From Candidatus Obscuribacterales bacterium (lineage in GTDB: Bacteria > Cyanobacteriota > Vampirovibrionia > Obscuribacterales > Obscuribacteraceae), in contig CBDDIJ010000003.1 in NCBI GenBank assembly GCA_965228855.1, positions 800,001 to 864,000 of the forward strand: 64,000 bases of DNA, written 5' to 3'. Made by a program: the position numbers and the translations under genes. This document shows, in pieces, positions 39,886 through 49,008 of this stretch. Under the pieces are notes generated by a model that was given only the letters and a program-made list of their open reading frames with translations, was not told the origin of the DNA and searched no databases. Numbering within the stretch: the first letter of the stretch is position 1; each line of letters opens with the position of its first letter.

Positions 39886-40836
39886 ATGGTGAGCGATTCA
39901 ACCCATATTGCGACGCTTATTACTCGTCTTCATGCGCTGGCTGACGCGGACACGCCGGTTCTTGCAGACGGCCTGGTTCAACTGATGATGTCCGGCGCTC
40001 GCTGGAATGGTTTCTGGAGCGGTGAAATAATTGCTCCGGCTGGTGCGCACGGCATTAAGGAATGGCGACTAATCGAGCGTTTCGAGTTTGAAGAGCAGGC
40101 TTTGACATGGAAGGACTGTAAAGAGCGACATGATTTGTTGTCGAGTCTACAAAGTCATGTCAGCGAAATCTCCGACGAATTATTCTTAGGACCGCAGGCG
40201 GGCGGTAGCGCTGCCACCTCTATAATCACGGAAGTGAAGCCTGGTACGGAAGAGGCTTACTTCAATTGGGAGCTAAAAATTCAAAGCGCTCAAGCCCGAT
40301 CTCCCGGTTACGAGGGAATCTTCGTACAGCCACCCTTGCCCGGGCGACCAAACGTCTGGACAAAACTGTTGCGCTTCGATTCGCCTGCCGCGCTCAACAA
40401 CTGGTTCGAATCGGAAGAGCGGAAGCGGCTCGTCGCCGAGGGGCGAGCATTCATGGAGTCCTCGAAGCTGGAGCAACTGTCGAGCGCCTTTCCGGGCTGG
40501 TTTCCAGTCGATAAGAAGAGTGGAAAAGGTCCGGCAAAATACAAGACAGCCTTTATGGTCGTGCTCGGCTTGTTCCCGTGTGTCATGTTTGAAGTCTGGT
40601 TATTTGGACCACTTCAAGCATCATGGAATCCGACTCTCAAGACTTTTATGAATCTGACCTTGAGTGTTTCATTTACGACCTTTATATCAATTCCGCTTTG
40701 TATCAAATGGTTTTCGTGGTGGCTACTTCCAGCAGAGGATGCACCATATTCGGTGCAGCTCAAAGGACTCGCGATTGTTTTGATCGTTTTGGCCCTCGAA
40801 GTGGTGGCTCTATGGAATCTTATCAAGGTCAATTGA
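39886..40836 (+). CDS. antibiotic biosynthesis monooxygenase-like tandem domain membrane protein
   Basis: VKPG.E..Y..W, PGYEG, RFDS...L..W..S.ER, GWF plus C-terminal TMs. Confidence 0.75.
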   Translation: MVSDSTHIATLITRLHALADADTPVLADGLVQLMMSGARWNGFWSGEIIAPAGAHGIKEWRLIERFEFEEQALTWKDCKERHDLLSSLQSHVSEISDELFLGPQAGGSAATSIITEVKPGTEEAYFNWELKIQSAQARSPGYEGIFVQPPLPGRPNVWTKLLRFDSPAALNNWFESEERKRLVAEGRAFMESSKLEQLSSAFPGWFPVDKKSGKGPAKYKTAFMVVLGLFPCVMFEVWLFGPLQASWNPTLKTFMNLTLSVSFTTFISIPLCIKWFSWWLLPAEDAPYSVQLKGLAIVLIVLALEVVALWNLIKVN

Positions 40837-40844
40837 AATACAGT

Positions 40845-41396
40845 TCAGGACCGGTTCGTGAAGCAGACCCCGATTGGCCCCATCAATCCTCCGGAATGCC
40901 AGACTCGAATATTCAACGATAATTCCGGATAGGTTACATTTTCTGCAGCTGCGATGTTCTCTGACTCTTCCTTGCTCACGTTTTCGGCATTAATTTCGCC
41001 GGTTTCACCTAGCCGCTGGTTGACTGCGTTGATAAAGCTTATCAACGCGCGTTCTGAGTCTGCAGGCACAGGACCTGCACTTTTGTATTCATCAATCATC
41101 GACGTGCGAATTACGTTCCACTTATCGAAGTTGGTTGAGAGCTGCTGAACCGCGGCTACGCAAGCTGCAACTCGTTTGTCGCACGGTTCGGAGCCATTGG
41201 TCAGTTGAAATGACGGCACTTCTCTCATCATGCCGATGCGGTCGCCGACATCAGCGCCGACTTCCCCACCGTGGCGAGCTTTATCAATCGCTTTCCAGTC
41301 TACCCGTCTGTCTAGAAAAGGATGGCGCCGCCCTCTGAAGGCGCCTGAATCGCCTCCATCTCTGCGTTTTTCACCGGTTCCATCGAATTGTGACAT
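40845..41396 (-). CDS. hypothetical protein
   Basis: 183-aa ORF filling the gap; no family recognised. Confidence 0.5.
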   Translation of the reverse strand: MSQFDGTGEKRRDGGDSGAFRGRRHPFLDRRVDWKAIDKARHGGEVGADVGDRIGMMREVPSFQLTNGSEPCDKRVAACVAAVQQLSTNFDKWNVIRTSMIDEYKSAGPVPADSERALISFINAVNQRLGETGEINAENVSKEESENIAAAENVTYPELSLNIRVWHSGGLMGPIGVCFTNRS

Positions 41397-41570
41397 GAGC
41401 TACCCTGGATTCCGTTTGACACCTACCATTGTGCCGGAAACCGAGCTTCTGAGCAACAGTCGAATTAAGCAGTTTGACCAAATTCGCCGGTTCCTGCCCG
41501 GTTGTTTGTTTATCGCTTTGAGGTAAAGACATTGGACCTGGGTAAAAGGCTTAAGAGGCTTTGCAATTAA

Positions 41571-42668
41571 ATGAAAAACAACCATACCTTTTGTTGGCTT
41601 CCGTTGGTTGCGACGAGCGCGATCTTAATCGGAACTACCTATACCTCCACCGCAAGTGCACAACCGCTGAGAAAGCCATTGCCGGGATATTCAGTCATTG
41701 GAGACTCGACCAAAACCGATGCAAAAGCTGATGGTCCAAAAATCAGCGCGCCATCTGCTAATGGGTATTCGAGTAATGGAGCGAGTTGGCGCGGTCAAAG
41801 TCAGAATCAGGGTTCGTCTCGTGGCGGTGGCGCAAATAACAACGTTCGTTCTCGAAACACCGCTGCTCCAGGCGCAGCGGCATTGTCTTCTCTAAAACCT
41901 GGTCAATTGAAAAAATTGACAGCGGATGCCCTTCGATATGAGAAAGAGGGCTTAGCGGAGGAGAAAAAAGGCAATTTAAACGGCGCGCTGTTGAAATTGA
42001 AACAGTCGCTAAACATGCGCGAATATTATTGGGGACAGCGAGATAAAGCCGTACCCGTCTTGCTGGAGCGCATCGCCGCCGTTCAAGCCAAGCAGAAGAA
42101 ATATTCAGAAGCGATCGCCTCGACCGAGAAAGCTTTGTCTTACTACTCGAAGATTTACGGTCCGGGGACGACCGATCGCATACCTTCTCTATTGCTGCTA
42201 GGTCGGCTCTTCCAGGAGAACAAGGAGTTCGAGAAGAGCTTCGAGCAATATAAACAAGCGCTCGAACTCACGGAGCGTTCCAGGGGCAGTAAATCTTCAG
42301 AAGCCGCTAAACTGCGTCTTCTTCTTGCTCGGCAGTCCGACAAGCTGAACTGGGACAGGACCACCGATGAATTTTACAAGGGATGCCTGGAGGCTGATGC
42401 AAGCATTCTTGGAGCCGCCGAGTATGCAAAAGCCGGAGAAGAGTATGCGGCATTCCTGACTAAGCTCGGTCGATTGGACGACGCGAAACTGGTTCTTGAA
42501 AAAGCTCATCAATCAAGCGCTTCATCTGCGCCCTCGTCGTCGGTGGCGGAAAACAAGACGCAGGAATCTTCTTCTGAATCAACGAAGTCCGCTACATCGG
42601 ACCAGAGTGCGCCGACCGCAACTGCCGATCCTCTTGCGCCTTCAGGAAGCGTACCCGCTGCTAAATAA
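41571..42668 (+). CDS. secreted TPR repeat protein
   Basis: Signal peptide; kinesin-light-chain-like TPRs (ALSYYSKIYGP). Confidence 0.8.
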   Translation: MKNNHTFCWLPLVATSAILIGTTYTSTASAQPLRKPLPGYSVIGDSTKTDAKADGPKISAPSANGYSSNGASWRGQSQNQGSSRGGGANNNVRSRNTAAPGAAALSSLKPGQLKKLTADALRYEKEGLAEEKKGNLNGALLKLKQSLNMREYYWGQRDKAVPVLLERIAAVQAKQKKYSEAIASTEKALSYYSKIYGPGTTDRIPSLLLLGRLFQENKEFEKSFEQYKQALELTERSRGSKSSEAAKLRLLLARQSDKLNWDRTTDEFYKGCLEADASILGAAEYAKAGEEYAAFLTKLGRLDDAKLVLEKAHQSSASSAPSSSVAENKTQESSSESTKSATSDQSAPTATADPLAPSGSVPAAK

Positions 42669-44016
42669 AGGACCTGCAGACCTGGTAGAAATACTTTTGA
42701 AACAAAGACAGGTGCATTTTAAAGACGCCGTCTTCCTTCATCTCGAATTGTCTATGAGACGGGTCGTCCGCTAGATCGAATTCTTGAGAGCCTCTTCCAT
42801 GCGGATTGCGGATGGTGATCATGTTGCTTGCCGGATCGAAACCGATAATCGTGTAAGCGTGAGTCGACACCACGAGCGGTGGCAGGTGTCCAAGGTGCAT
42901 GTCGTCCCAGGTGCCGCAAACTATCGGATTTTTCGACGAGATAGCACCGCCTATGAAGCTGGAGAGCTCTTGCGGATCGGCTGAGCCGGGGGACATGGTC
43001 TGCGCCTTGCATCCTGTAATGCAGCCTAGACCAACAGCGAGTCTGGACTGGTCTCCCGTTGCTCCTTCGGCGCCGCGATTATTGGGAAACTTCATTACCT
43101 GTGCGCAAGAGATCAGCGACGCCCACTGCGCCGTATCACGTATCCCGTGGCGGTCTAATGTTTCCTCGTCGATTTTGTACTCTTCTCCGTCACCAGGGAA
43201 ACGTACAATGTAAATGCCATTGCCACCATACGTGATCATGCTTGCGAGCAATCTCTGACCTCGGGGTAGCTCAGCTAGAGCGGCCATCGATGCCTCGAAC
43301 CAACAGTTTGGATTTGCTCCCTGATCGATTCCCTTTGCTCCATCACTTGCAACCTGTGTCGCTGAAAACGGATGGTCTCCGCGTTTTAGCGTGGCTTCCG
43401 GTGGGAATGGCGAGGTCTTGGTACGAAGGTGCTTGTTCTTTGAAACAATCACCTTTTCCGATGGACCGCCGCTCGGGGGCACTTTTGATGCTGCCGCCAT
43501 CATGCGTTTATTGTAATCTGCGATCGCTGCTCGCAAGGCGATTTTGCCCTGAGGCGTCTTCAAACGTTGCCGTACGTCCGGAGTCATACCGTCAAAAAAG
43601 TTGGGCGGCAAATTGTTTTCGTCCAGCAACTTTGGCGCTTGTCCGCCCGCTGCGTCGGCCGTACTCGCTGCGGTTGCAAGTTCCGGAAACAATCTTGTGC
43701 TGTGCGCCGCTTCCTGCGTAGATTTGAAATTCTTCACAACATACGTGCAAAGCTGCCGGGCCCGGGCTCTTCGGTTCGCAGCATAGTTAGCGATTGCTGC
43801 CTGGTAATAAAGTCGCGCAGAGGGCGAGCTTTTCTTCAAGACGGCTTCGAACATATCTGCAGAATCTGCGAACTTATTAGCCGTGTAAAGCGCCCATGCA
43901 GATGAGCTATTGGGCGCCGTGTCCGCTTGTCCGTTAACGGAACTTACACAGAACGGCATTATAAAAAGCGCGGCTAAAATAAATCGGTTGTGATGGTTAC
44001 GTAAAGAATCCTTCAA
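42661..44016 (-). CDS. secreted calpain-like (C2 family) cysteine protease with N-terminal TPR
   Basis: IDQGANPNCWF (Cys), STHAYTI (His) and IRNPHG (Asn) triad. Confidence 0.82.
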   Translation of the reverse strand: MKDSLRNHHNRFILAALFIMPFCVSSVNGQADTAPNSSSAWALYTANKFADSADMFEAVLKKSSPSARLYYQAAIANYAANRRARARQLCTYVVKNFKSTQEAAHSTRLFPELATAASTADAAGGQAPKLLDENNLPPNFFDGMTPDVRQRLKTPQGKIALRAAIADYNKRMMAAASKVPPSGGPSEKVIVSKNKHLRTKTSPFPPEATLKRGDHPFSATQVASDGAKGIDQGANPNCWFEASMAALAELPRGQRLLASMITYGGNGIYIVRFPGDGEEYKIDEETLDRHGIRDTAQWASLISCAQVMKFPNNRGAEGATGDQSRLAVGLGCITGCKAQTMSPGSADPQELSSFIGGAISSKNPIVCGTWDDMHLGHLPPLVVSTHAYTIIGFDPASNMITIRNPHGRGSQEFDLADDPSHRQFEMKEDGVFKMHLSLFQKYFYQVCRSFI

Positions 44017-44122
44017 GACGCTTCTCCGTCATGCTCCTTTCATTATCAAACCACAATGCGCGCTTTAAGTAACAGTTATTGATGTCTGAGTAACAGTCTC
44101 TTGAAACCATGCGGCAAGCCTC

Positions 44123-44150
44123 GGAACATCGTTTGCATGATGTCGTCAAA
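44123..44150 (+). promoter_or_regulatory. ECF (RpoE-like) promoter
   Basis: (G)GAACAT-N16-TCAAA, close to GAACTT-N16-TC(A/T)(A/G)A. Confidence 0.5.
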
Positions 44151-44258
44151 CATAACCAAGGAGCCGTAAGGCAGCGGTTCTCTAAGAATCTACACTAAAG
44201 AATTATGCGAAGGAATCGACGGAACCGCCGATGGTACCATCGCGCCAAGGAGGCAAAA

Positions 44259-44639
44259 ATGATCAGGTCTATGAAAAATGCTGTTTTAGCCGCGGCGGTG
44301 CTTGCGTCCACGGTCGCAGGTGGTTTAACTCAGCCTGCCGAAGCGCGCAATTATTTCAATCCGTATGGCTACAACACTAATTACGTTAACCCATATTACA
44401 ATCCCTACAACGGCAACGCCTACTATGGTCGCCCCAGTATCCTCAAGCCTACTTTAGTCGGTGCGGCTATCGGTGGCGCTGGTGGGCTCGGGGTGAGTCT
44501 CTTGAGCGGGCGTGATAAACACTACGTACGCAACATCGGTATCGGTGCCGGTATCGGGGCTGGTGTCGGCGCAGGAATTGGCTTGATTCGCAGACATAAC
44601 TTCAATAAAAATCTCAACTACGGTGGCTACTACTATTAG
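44259..44639 (+). CDS. secreted glycine-zipper protein with Tyr/Asn-rich segment
   Basis: AAGGAGG RBS; signal peptide; GAAIGGAGG and GIGAGIGAGVGAG. Confidence 0.8.
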   Translation: MIRSMKNAVLAAAVLASTVAGGLTQPAEARNYFNPYGYNTNYVNPYYNPYNGNAYYGRPSILKPTLVGAAIGGAGGLGVSLLSGRDKHYVRNIGIGAGIGAGVGAGIGLIRRHNFNKNLNYGGYYY

Positions 44640-44690
44640 CCTGTAAAAATCACCCGGGTGATGTTTACTCCTGAAGCTTTGAAGATATGA

Positions 44691-44720
44691 GAAAGAGGCA
44701 CTCGTCAGAGTGCCTCTTTC
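44691..44720. terminator. bidirectional intrinsic terminator
   Basis: gaaagaggcactc-gtca-gagtgcctctttc perfect 13-bp stem. Confidence 0.8.
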
Positions 44721-44742
44721 TAAATCAAGGAGATAGGAGGAA

Positions 44743-45084
44743 CTATTTCGCTATCTTGATTGATTTCGTAACTTTCTGCTCTTCTTTGTCTTTCACGACA
44801 GTTACGATGATTGGCATTTCATCAGCTTTATAGTCCTTTGGAATTTCGAAGGTCCAGGTTGCTTTGCCATCAGCTCCTGCGTCCTGATCTGTGAGCTTCA
44901 ACAGCTGAGTGACGCCTGCATCTTGAGCTTCGATTTTGCACTTGAGTTTTGCATCGGTTTTGACTGAAACCGATACTTGCTCACCGAGTTTCGCGGATTC
45001 CGGCGCTTCTACCGTCGCAGAAACGGCGGCAAAAGCCGGAAGCGTCATTAACGACAGGGCGAGTGCAAGAATTCTTGACTTCAT
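44743..45084 (-). CDS. small secreted beta-rich protein
   Basis: AAGGAG RBS; signal peptide ending AFA; Ig-like beta pattern. Confidence 0.75.
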   Translation of the reverse strand: MKSRILALALSLMTLPAFAAVSATVEAPESAKLGEQVSVSVKTDAKLKCKIEAQDAGVTQLLKLTDQDAGADGKATWTFEIPKDYKADEMPIIVTVVKDKEEQKVTKSIKIAK

Positions 45085-45321
45085 GTGTATTCTCCTTCAG
45101 TTTGTTTTCTTAAAAGTGAGAGTTTCTATCACTTCGTTTCTAGCTTCTTTCTTCCTTGTAAGTCTGGAGAAGCCCGCTAGATGAGGGCTGAAAGACTATA
45201 CCACGCAAGGTTTTTGAAGGAGATTCGCAAGTCTCGACAAAGCTTGAGTCTTTGCGATCTTGAAAGTTGTTGGTATCGTATACGGTGGCGCAGGTGGGCG
45301 TCGTTTTTCTGATCGAAAACC

Positions 45322-45816
45322 TTAAATCCATTCCGGAGGTGCCTCTGGTAACGGAAGTGCGATCGATCCAGTACCGGCGCTGGGATACGGTTTTTTTCGC
45401 ACGCCAGGGTTATCGTCGGGAGGTGGCGGAGGCGGTTGCCACCAGCTGTTCCCTGAAGAACCCGGAGGGCGAGCCTGATTCGGTATTTCTACATAGCGTC
45501 GATGGAGTTTGTACTGATCCGCGAGAAAGTCGACTCCGTTTACCGTTATTTGGAGTATAGTTTCATCGAGCTGATTGAAAGCTGCAAATCCTTGCTGTCC
45601 AAGCCAATCAACAGCTTCTTTAATATGTTCTTCCGACCAGGAAAATAGAAGAAAGTGCAAGCGTGAGAGTGATGCGCCACCAAAGGCCGCATCTTTGCGC
45701 CTGAGTGAATTCAACATGGCGAGAATGCTTAGCTTCAGCTCAAGGTCATCCCAACTCACCGGAGTAGTTAAGTCAACCTGAGAAGAGTCTGTTTCAAAAG
45801 AATCATTCGCACTCAT
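45322..45816 (-). CDS. hypothetical wHTH-like protein with poly-Pro tail
   Basis: AVDWLGQQGF...ITVNGVDFL wing pattern; PPPPPP tail. Confidence 0.6.
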   Translation of the reverse strand: MSANDSFETDSSQVDLTTPVSWDDLELKLSILAMLNSLRRKDAAFGGASLSRLHFLLFSWSEEHIKEAVDWLGQQGFAAFNQLDETILQITVNGVDFLADQYKLHRRYVEIPNQARPPGSSGNSWWQPPPPPPDDNPGVRKKPYPSAGTGSIALPLPEAPPEWI

Positions 45817-45936
45817 GGTTCTACCTGTTTCACTCTCTCCATCATAGCAGGCGTGGTTGTTCCTCCTTTCTTGCCTGGTTTTGCTATTTTTGCAATGATG
45901 GAGGTGGATGCCTTGGCTTGGTCAGAGGGCTTTGAG

Positions 45937-46641
45937 ATGTGTGACACCGATGAGATAATCGAAAGTGCATTGGCTAAGTATCGGCATTGCAACTCCTACC
46001 TTGATCGAGGTTGTATTCGAACTAACCGTTGCAACAACGAAACGGAAATCAGGTTTGAAACCTATTTCCTGAGACCAGCCTATTTGCGCAGCGAGTGGCA
46101 GCAATATAACGGTTCTAAGGCAATTGGACCGAAGGGCGGTTTCTGGAGTGACGGAGAAATTGCTCGCATACGGCTCAAAACCGGTATGCAAACATGTGCT
46201 CCGCGCGACGTTCTCAGTATCAATTCAGTGGAGATAAGTCGATTTCTTCTACCAAGCTATCGTTTGAGTTTCAGCCCTAACATCGTACCTCTGCTGGGGG
46301 CTGTTCTAATCGCTGAAGAAGAACTCGAATCCGGAGAATGCTACGTTCTGGAATGCAACGAAGACCGAATATGGACAAGACGCTATTGGGTCTTGAAGTC
46401 TAATTTTGCCATCGTACAGGCGGAGGTTTTGTACATTCGGAACGGCGCGGAAATAGCTCGGAGTGAGCGTGAACTCGCCCAACGTGAAAGGAAAATGGCT
46501 GCGCTTTTAAACCGCCCGGCGATCGACTTGCCGGAACCGGAGACCCTAGAGGATGAGATTCTCCTGACCAGATATGAATTCTATGATGTGATCTTCGATG
46601 CACCGCTAGTTGAAACAGTTTTCGAATTTCCGGTGGCTTAA
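45937..46641 (+). CDS. hypothetical protein, possibly LolA/DUF2092-like fold
   Basis: Y...SYLDRG, F.T.FLRP..LR.EW and YWV....AI; start uncertain. Confidence 0.5.
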   Translation: MCDTDEIIESALAKYRHCNSYLDRGCIRTNRCNNETEIRFETYFLRPAYLRSEWQQYNGSKAIGPKGGFWSDGEIARIRLKTGMQTCAPRDVLSINSVEISRFLLPSYRLSFSPNIVPLLGAVLIAEEELESGECYVLECNEDRIWTRRYWVLKSNFAIVQAEVLYIRNGAEIARSERELAQRERKMAALLNRPAIDLPEPETLEDEILLTRYEFYDVIFDAPLVETVFEFPVA

Positions 46642-46712
46642 ACATCTAAAAATGAGACCTCACGGAAATTGATTTCGCGGGATAATGTTCGGCGAAACCG
46701 ATCGAGTGCTGA

Positions 46713-48050
46713 TTGTTGACTTCCTTGACGCAAATATTTAAACCGGCGCCGCCTATCGAGCGTTTGCCGGAGGGGCAGATTGATTCTGCCTACATGCGTT
46801 ATCGTGCCCAGATGCTGACGACTATTTTCGTCGGATACGCGGGCTACTACCTGGTTCGTTCAAACATAAACATCGCGAAGCCTTATCTAATAAGTGAGCT
46901 GGGCTTGACCAAAGGTGACGTGGGATTACTGGCCTCTGCTCTAACGATTGCATATGGTCTGAGCAAGTTTTTAATGGGCAACGTCTCGGACCGATCTAAT
47001 CCGAGATATTTTCTCGCTACCGGGCTCATTCTTGCGGGGCTTGTGAACCTGTTTTTCGGCTTCCTGCCGAGTTTGTCGTTGATGGTGGTGTTCTGGTCTT
47101 TGAACGGGTGGTTTCAAGGAATGGGTTGGCCACCTTGTGGTCGAACCATGGTTCACTGGTTTTCCGATCGCGAGCGCGGCACAAAAATGGCGATCTGGAA
47201 TTTGGCTCACAATGTAGGAGGCATGCTCGCCTTCAACATTGCGAGCTACTCCTTGCTGTGTTTCTCATCGTGGAAAAGCGCATTTTTTGTGCCTGCAATT
47301 TTTGCTATTGCCACCGGTTTCCTGGTCCTGGTTTTTTTGCGCGATACTCCGCAATCGGTCGGTTTGCCTCCCATTGAAGAGTATAAGAACGATTATCCAG
47401 CTACTGCTGTGGAGGACAGAGAGCGCGAGCTAAGCTCAAAAGAGATTTTCTTCAGTTATGTCCTAAACAACAAATTCTTATGGATTTTCGCGTTCGCGAA
47501 TGTGATGGTTTACATCGTCCGTTATGGTGTCGTTAATTGGGCGCCGACGTACTTGACTGAAGTGAAGGGCTATTCCATCACCGATTCTGCATGGCAATCG
47601 ACACTTTACGAGTTTGCCGGCATTCCGGGAATGCTTTTCTCCGGATGGGCGAGTGACAAAATATTTCACGGCAGGCGTTCACCAATCATGGTGATTTCTA
47701 TGGCGCTTGTGGTGGCAGCAGTTTTTCTGTATTGGTTCAACCCGAAAGGAAACTATCTGATCGACTCAGTCGCTTTGATTGCGATTGGTTTTTTGATTTA
47801 CGGACCAGTAATGTTGATCGGAGTTGCCGCACTGGATTTGGTGCCGAAAAAGGCTGTCGGCACTGCTGCCGGTTTAACCGGTCTATTCGGCTATCTTGGC
47901 GCCACGCTCGCAGAACTGGGAATCGGTTTGATTGTTCACCATTACGGCTGGGACATGGGGTTTACGTTTATCGTCGTAGCAGCTTTGCTGGCGATCTTAT
48001 TACTGGCATTAACGTGGAATGTTCACGACCGCAGGAAAACTGATCACTGA
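46713..48050 (+). CDS. glpT: organophosphate:Pi antiporter MFS (GlpT-like)
   Basis: GYAGYYLVR, VSDRSNPR, NGWFQGMGWPPCGR, WNLAHNVGG, RDTPQSVGLPPIEEY and GFLIYGPVMLIG. Confidence 0.85.
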   Translation: MLTSLTQIFKPAPPIERLPEGQIDSAYMRYRAQMLTTIFVGYAGYYLVRSNINIAKPYLISELGLTKGDVGLLASALTIAYGLSKFLMGNVSDRSNPRYFLATGLILAGLVNLFFGFLPSLSLMVVFWSLNGWFQGMGWPPCGRTMVHWFSDRERGTKMAIWNLAHNVGGMLAFNIASYSLLCFSSWKSAFFVPAIFAIATGFLVLVFLRDTPQSVGLPPIEEYKNDYPATAVEDRERELSSKEIFFSYVLNNKFLWIFAFANVMVYIVRYGVVNWAPTYLTEVKGYSITDSAWQSTLYEFAGIPGMLFSGWASDKIFHGRRSPIMVISMALVVAAVFLYWFNPKGNYLIDSVALIAIGFLIYGPVMLIGVAALDLVPKKAVGTAAGLTGLFGYLGATLAELGIGLIVHHYGWDMGFTFIVVAALLAILLLALTWNVHDRRKTDH

Positions 48051-48129
48051 TGAATGCACCTTTTGGCAGGTTTGAGAATCTAAACCTCATCACCTTTTTG
48101 AACCAAGTTTAAACGAGCGTCGGCGAGCG

Positions 48130-48897
48130 TTACTTATCAAATTCGAAGAGAACGTCGACACCTGTTTTTCGCATTTTCTTTGCGTCACCAACGACTATGC
48201 GCGTGACTGATTTTGTCGGTGTCAAACCGGACGGCACATCAAATTCGGACGTTGGAACCGGCATGTAAGAAATTTTGCTGGTTGATAGAAACACTCGTCG
48301 TTGACCTTCCTCGCTCAGCTGGGTCATCCAATCTTTCCCGGTCAAGTAGGTTTTGAGGCCGATCGGAATTTTGCCGGACGTTGGTAGCTTGTAGGCGTAG
48401 TACAAAAACTGCTCTGCCTGCGGCGCTGCATAGTTTTTGCGATCCATAGTCTGGTAAGTGGTGGTGCCTTGTTGAATTTGTGTTATCGGGAAGTTGTTTA
48501 TTTTCCTGATCGTGATCTTTCCGCCTTTTGGAATTATTCGTTCCTTCTGGAGCAGAACCATATTTGAAAAAAGACCCTGCTCACAGAATTCTTTTAAGCT
48601 TTGAGTCGCGATCAGCCGGTCGTCCAGGCGGAAAGTATTAACATCCCAAGTCGGCGCTTTTAAAATGACGCTAAAATGGAATTTCCCAAGTCCATCCAGG
48701 CGCACCGCAGTTGGTGTCAGCATCAACTTTGTTTTTCCGAGATAAACATGCTCTTGTTCGAGCACGAGGGCATTAACCGTACTGGGTGTTTTGGCTGATG
48801 CGACGCCATGAGCAGTCGGAATAGTCGTTGCGGCAACTAAACAGCACAAAGCAGATGTGGTCTTAGCCTTTGATATATTCAACTTAAACCGATTCAA
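48130..48897 (-). CDS. secreted hypothetical protein (paralogue of 27190-27969)
   Basis: Signal peptide; LGKTKLML...RLD...ILKAPTWDV motif. Confidence 0.7.
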   Translation of the reverse strand: MNRFKLNISKAKTTSALCCLVAATTIPTAHGVASAKTPSTVNALVLEQEHVYLGKTKLMLTPTAVRLDGLGKFHFSVILKAPTWDVNTFRLDDRLIATQSLKEFCEQGLFSNMVLLQKERIIPKGGKITIRKINNFPITQIQQGTTTYQTMDRKNYAAPQAEQFLYYAYKLPTSGKIPIGLKTYLTGKDWMTQLSEEGQRRVFLSTSKISYMPVPTSEFDVPSGLTPTKSVTRIVVGDAKKMRKTGVDVLFEFDK

Positions 48898-49008
48898 GTT
48901 AGGTGCTGGGATATCGGTTGGTCCGCGATATCCTCATCATACCTGAAATCTGGAAACCTGCATCTTTTATCGGTACTTGCTGCGTGACCGATGGAAATGC
49001 GCTTTGGG

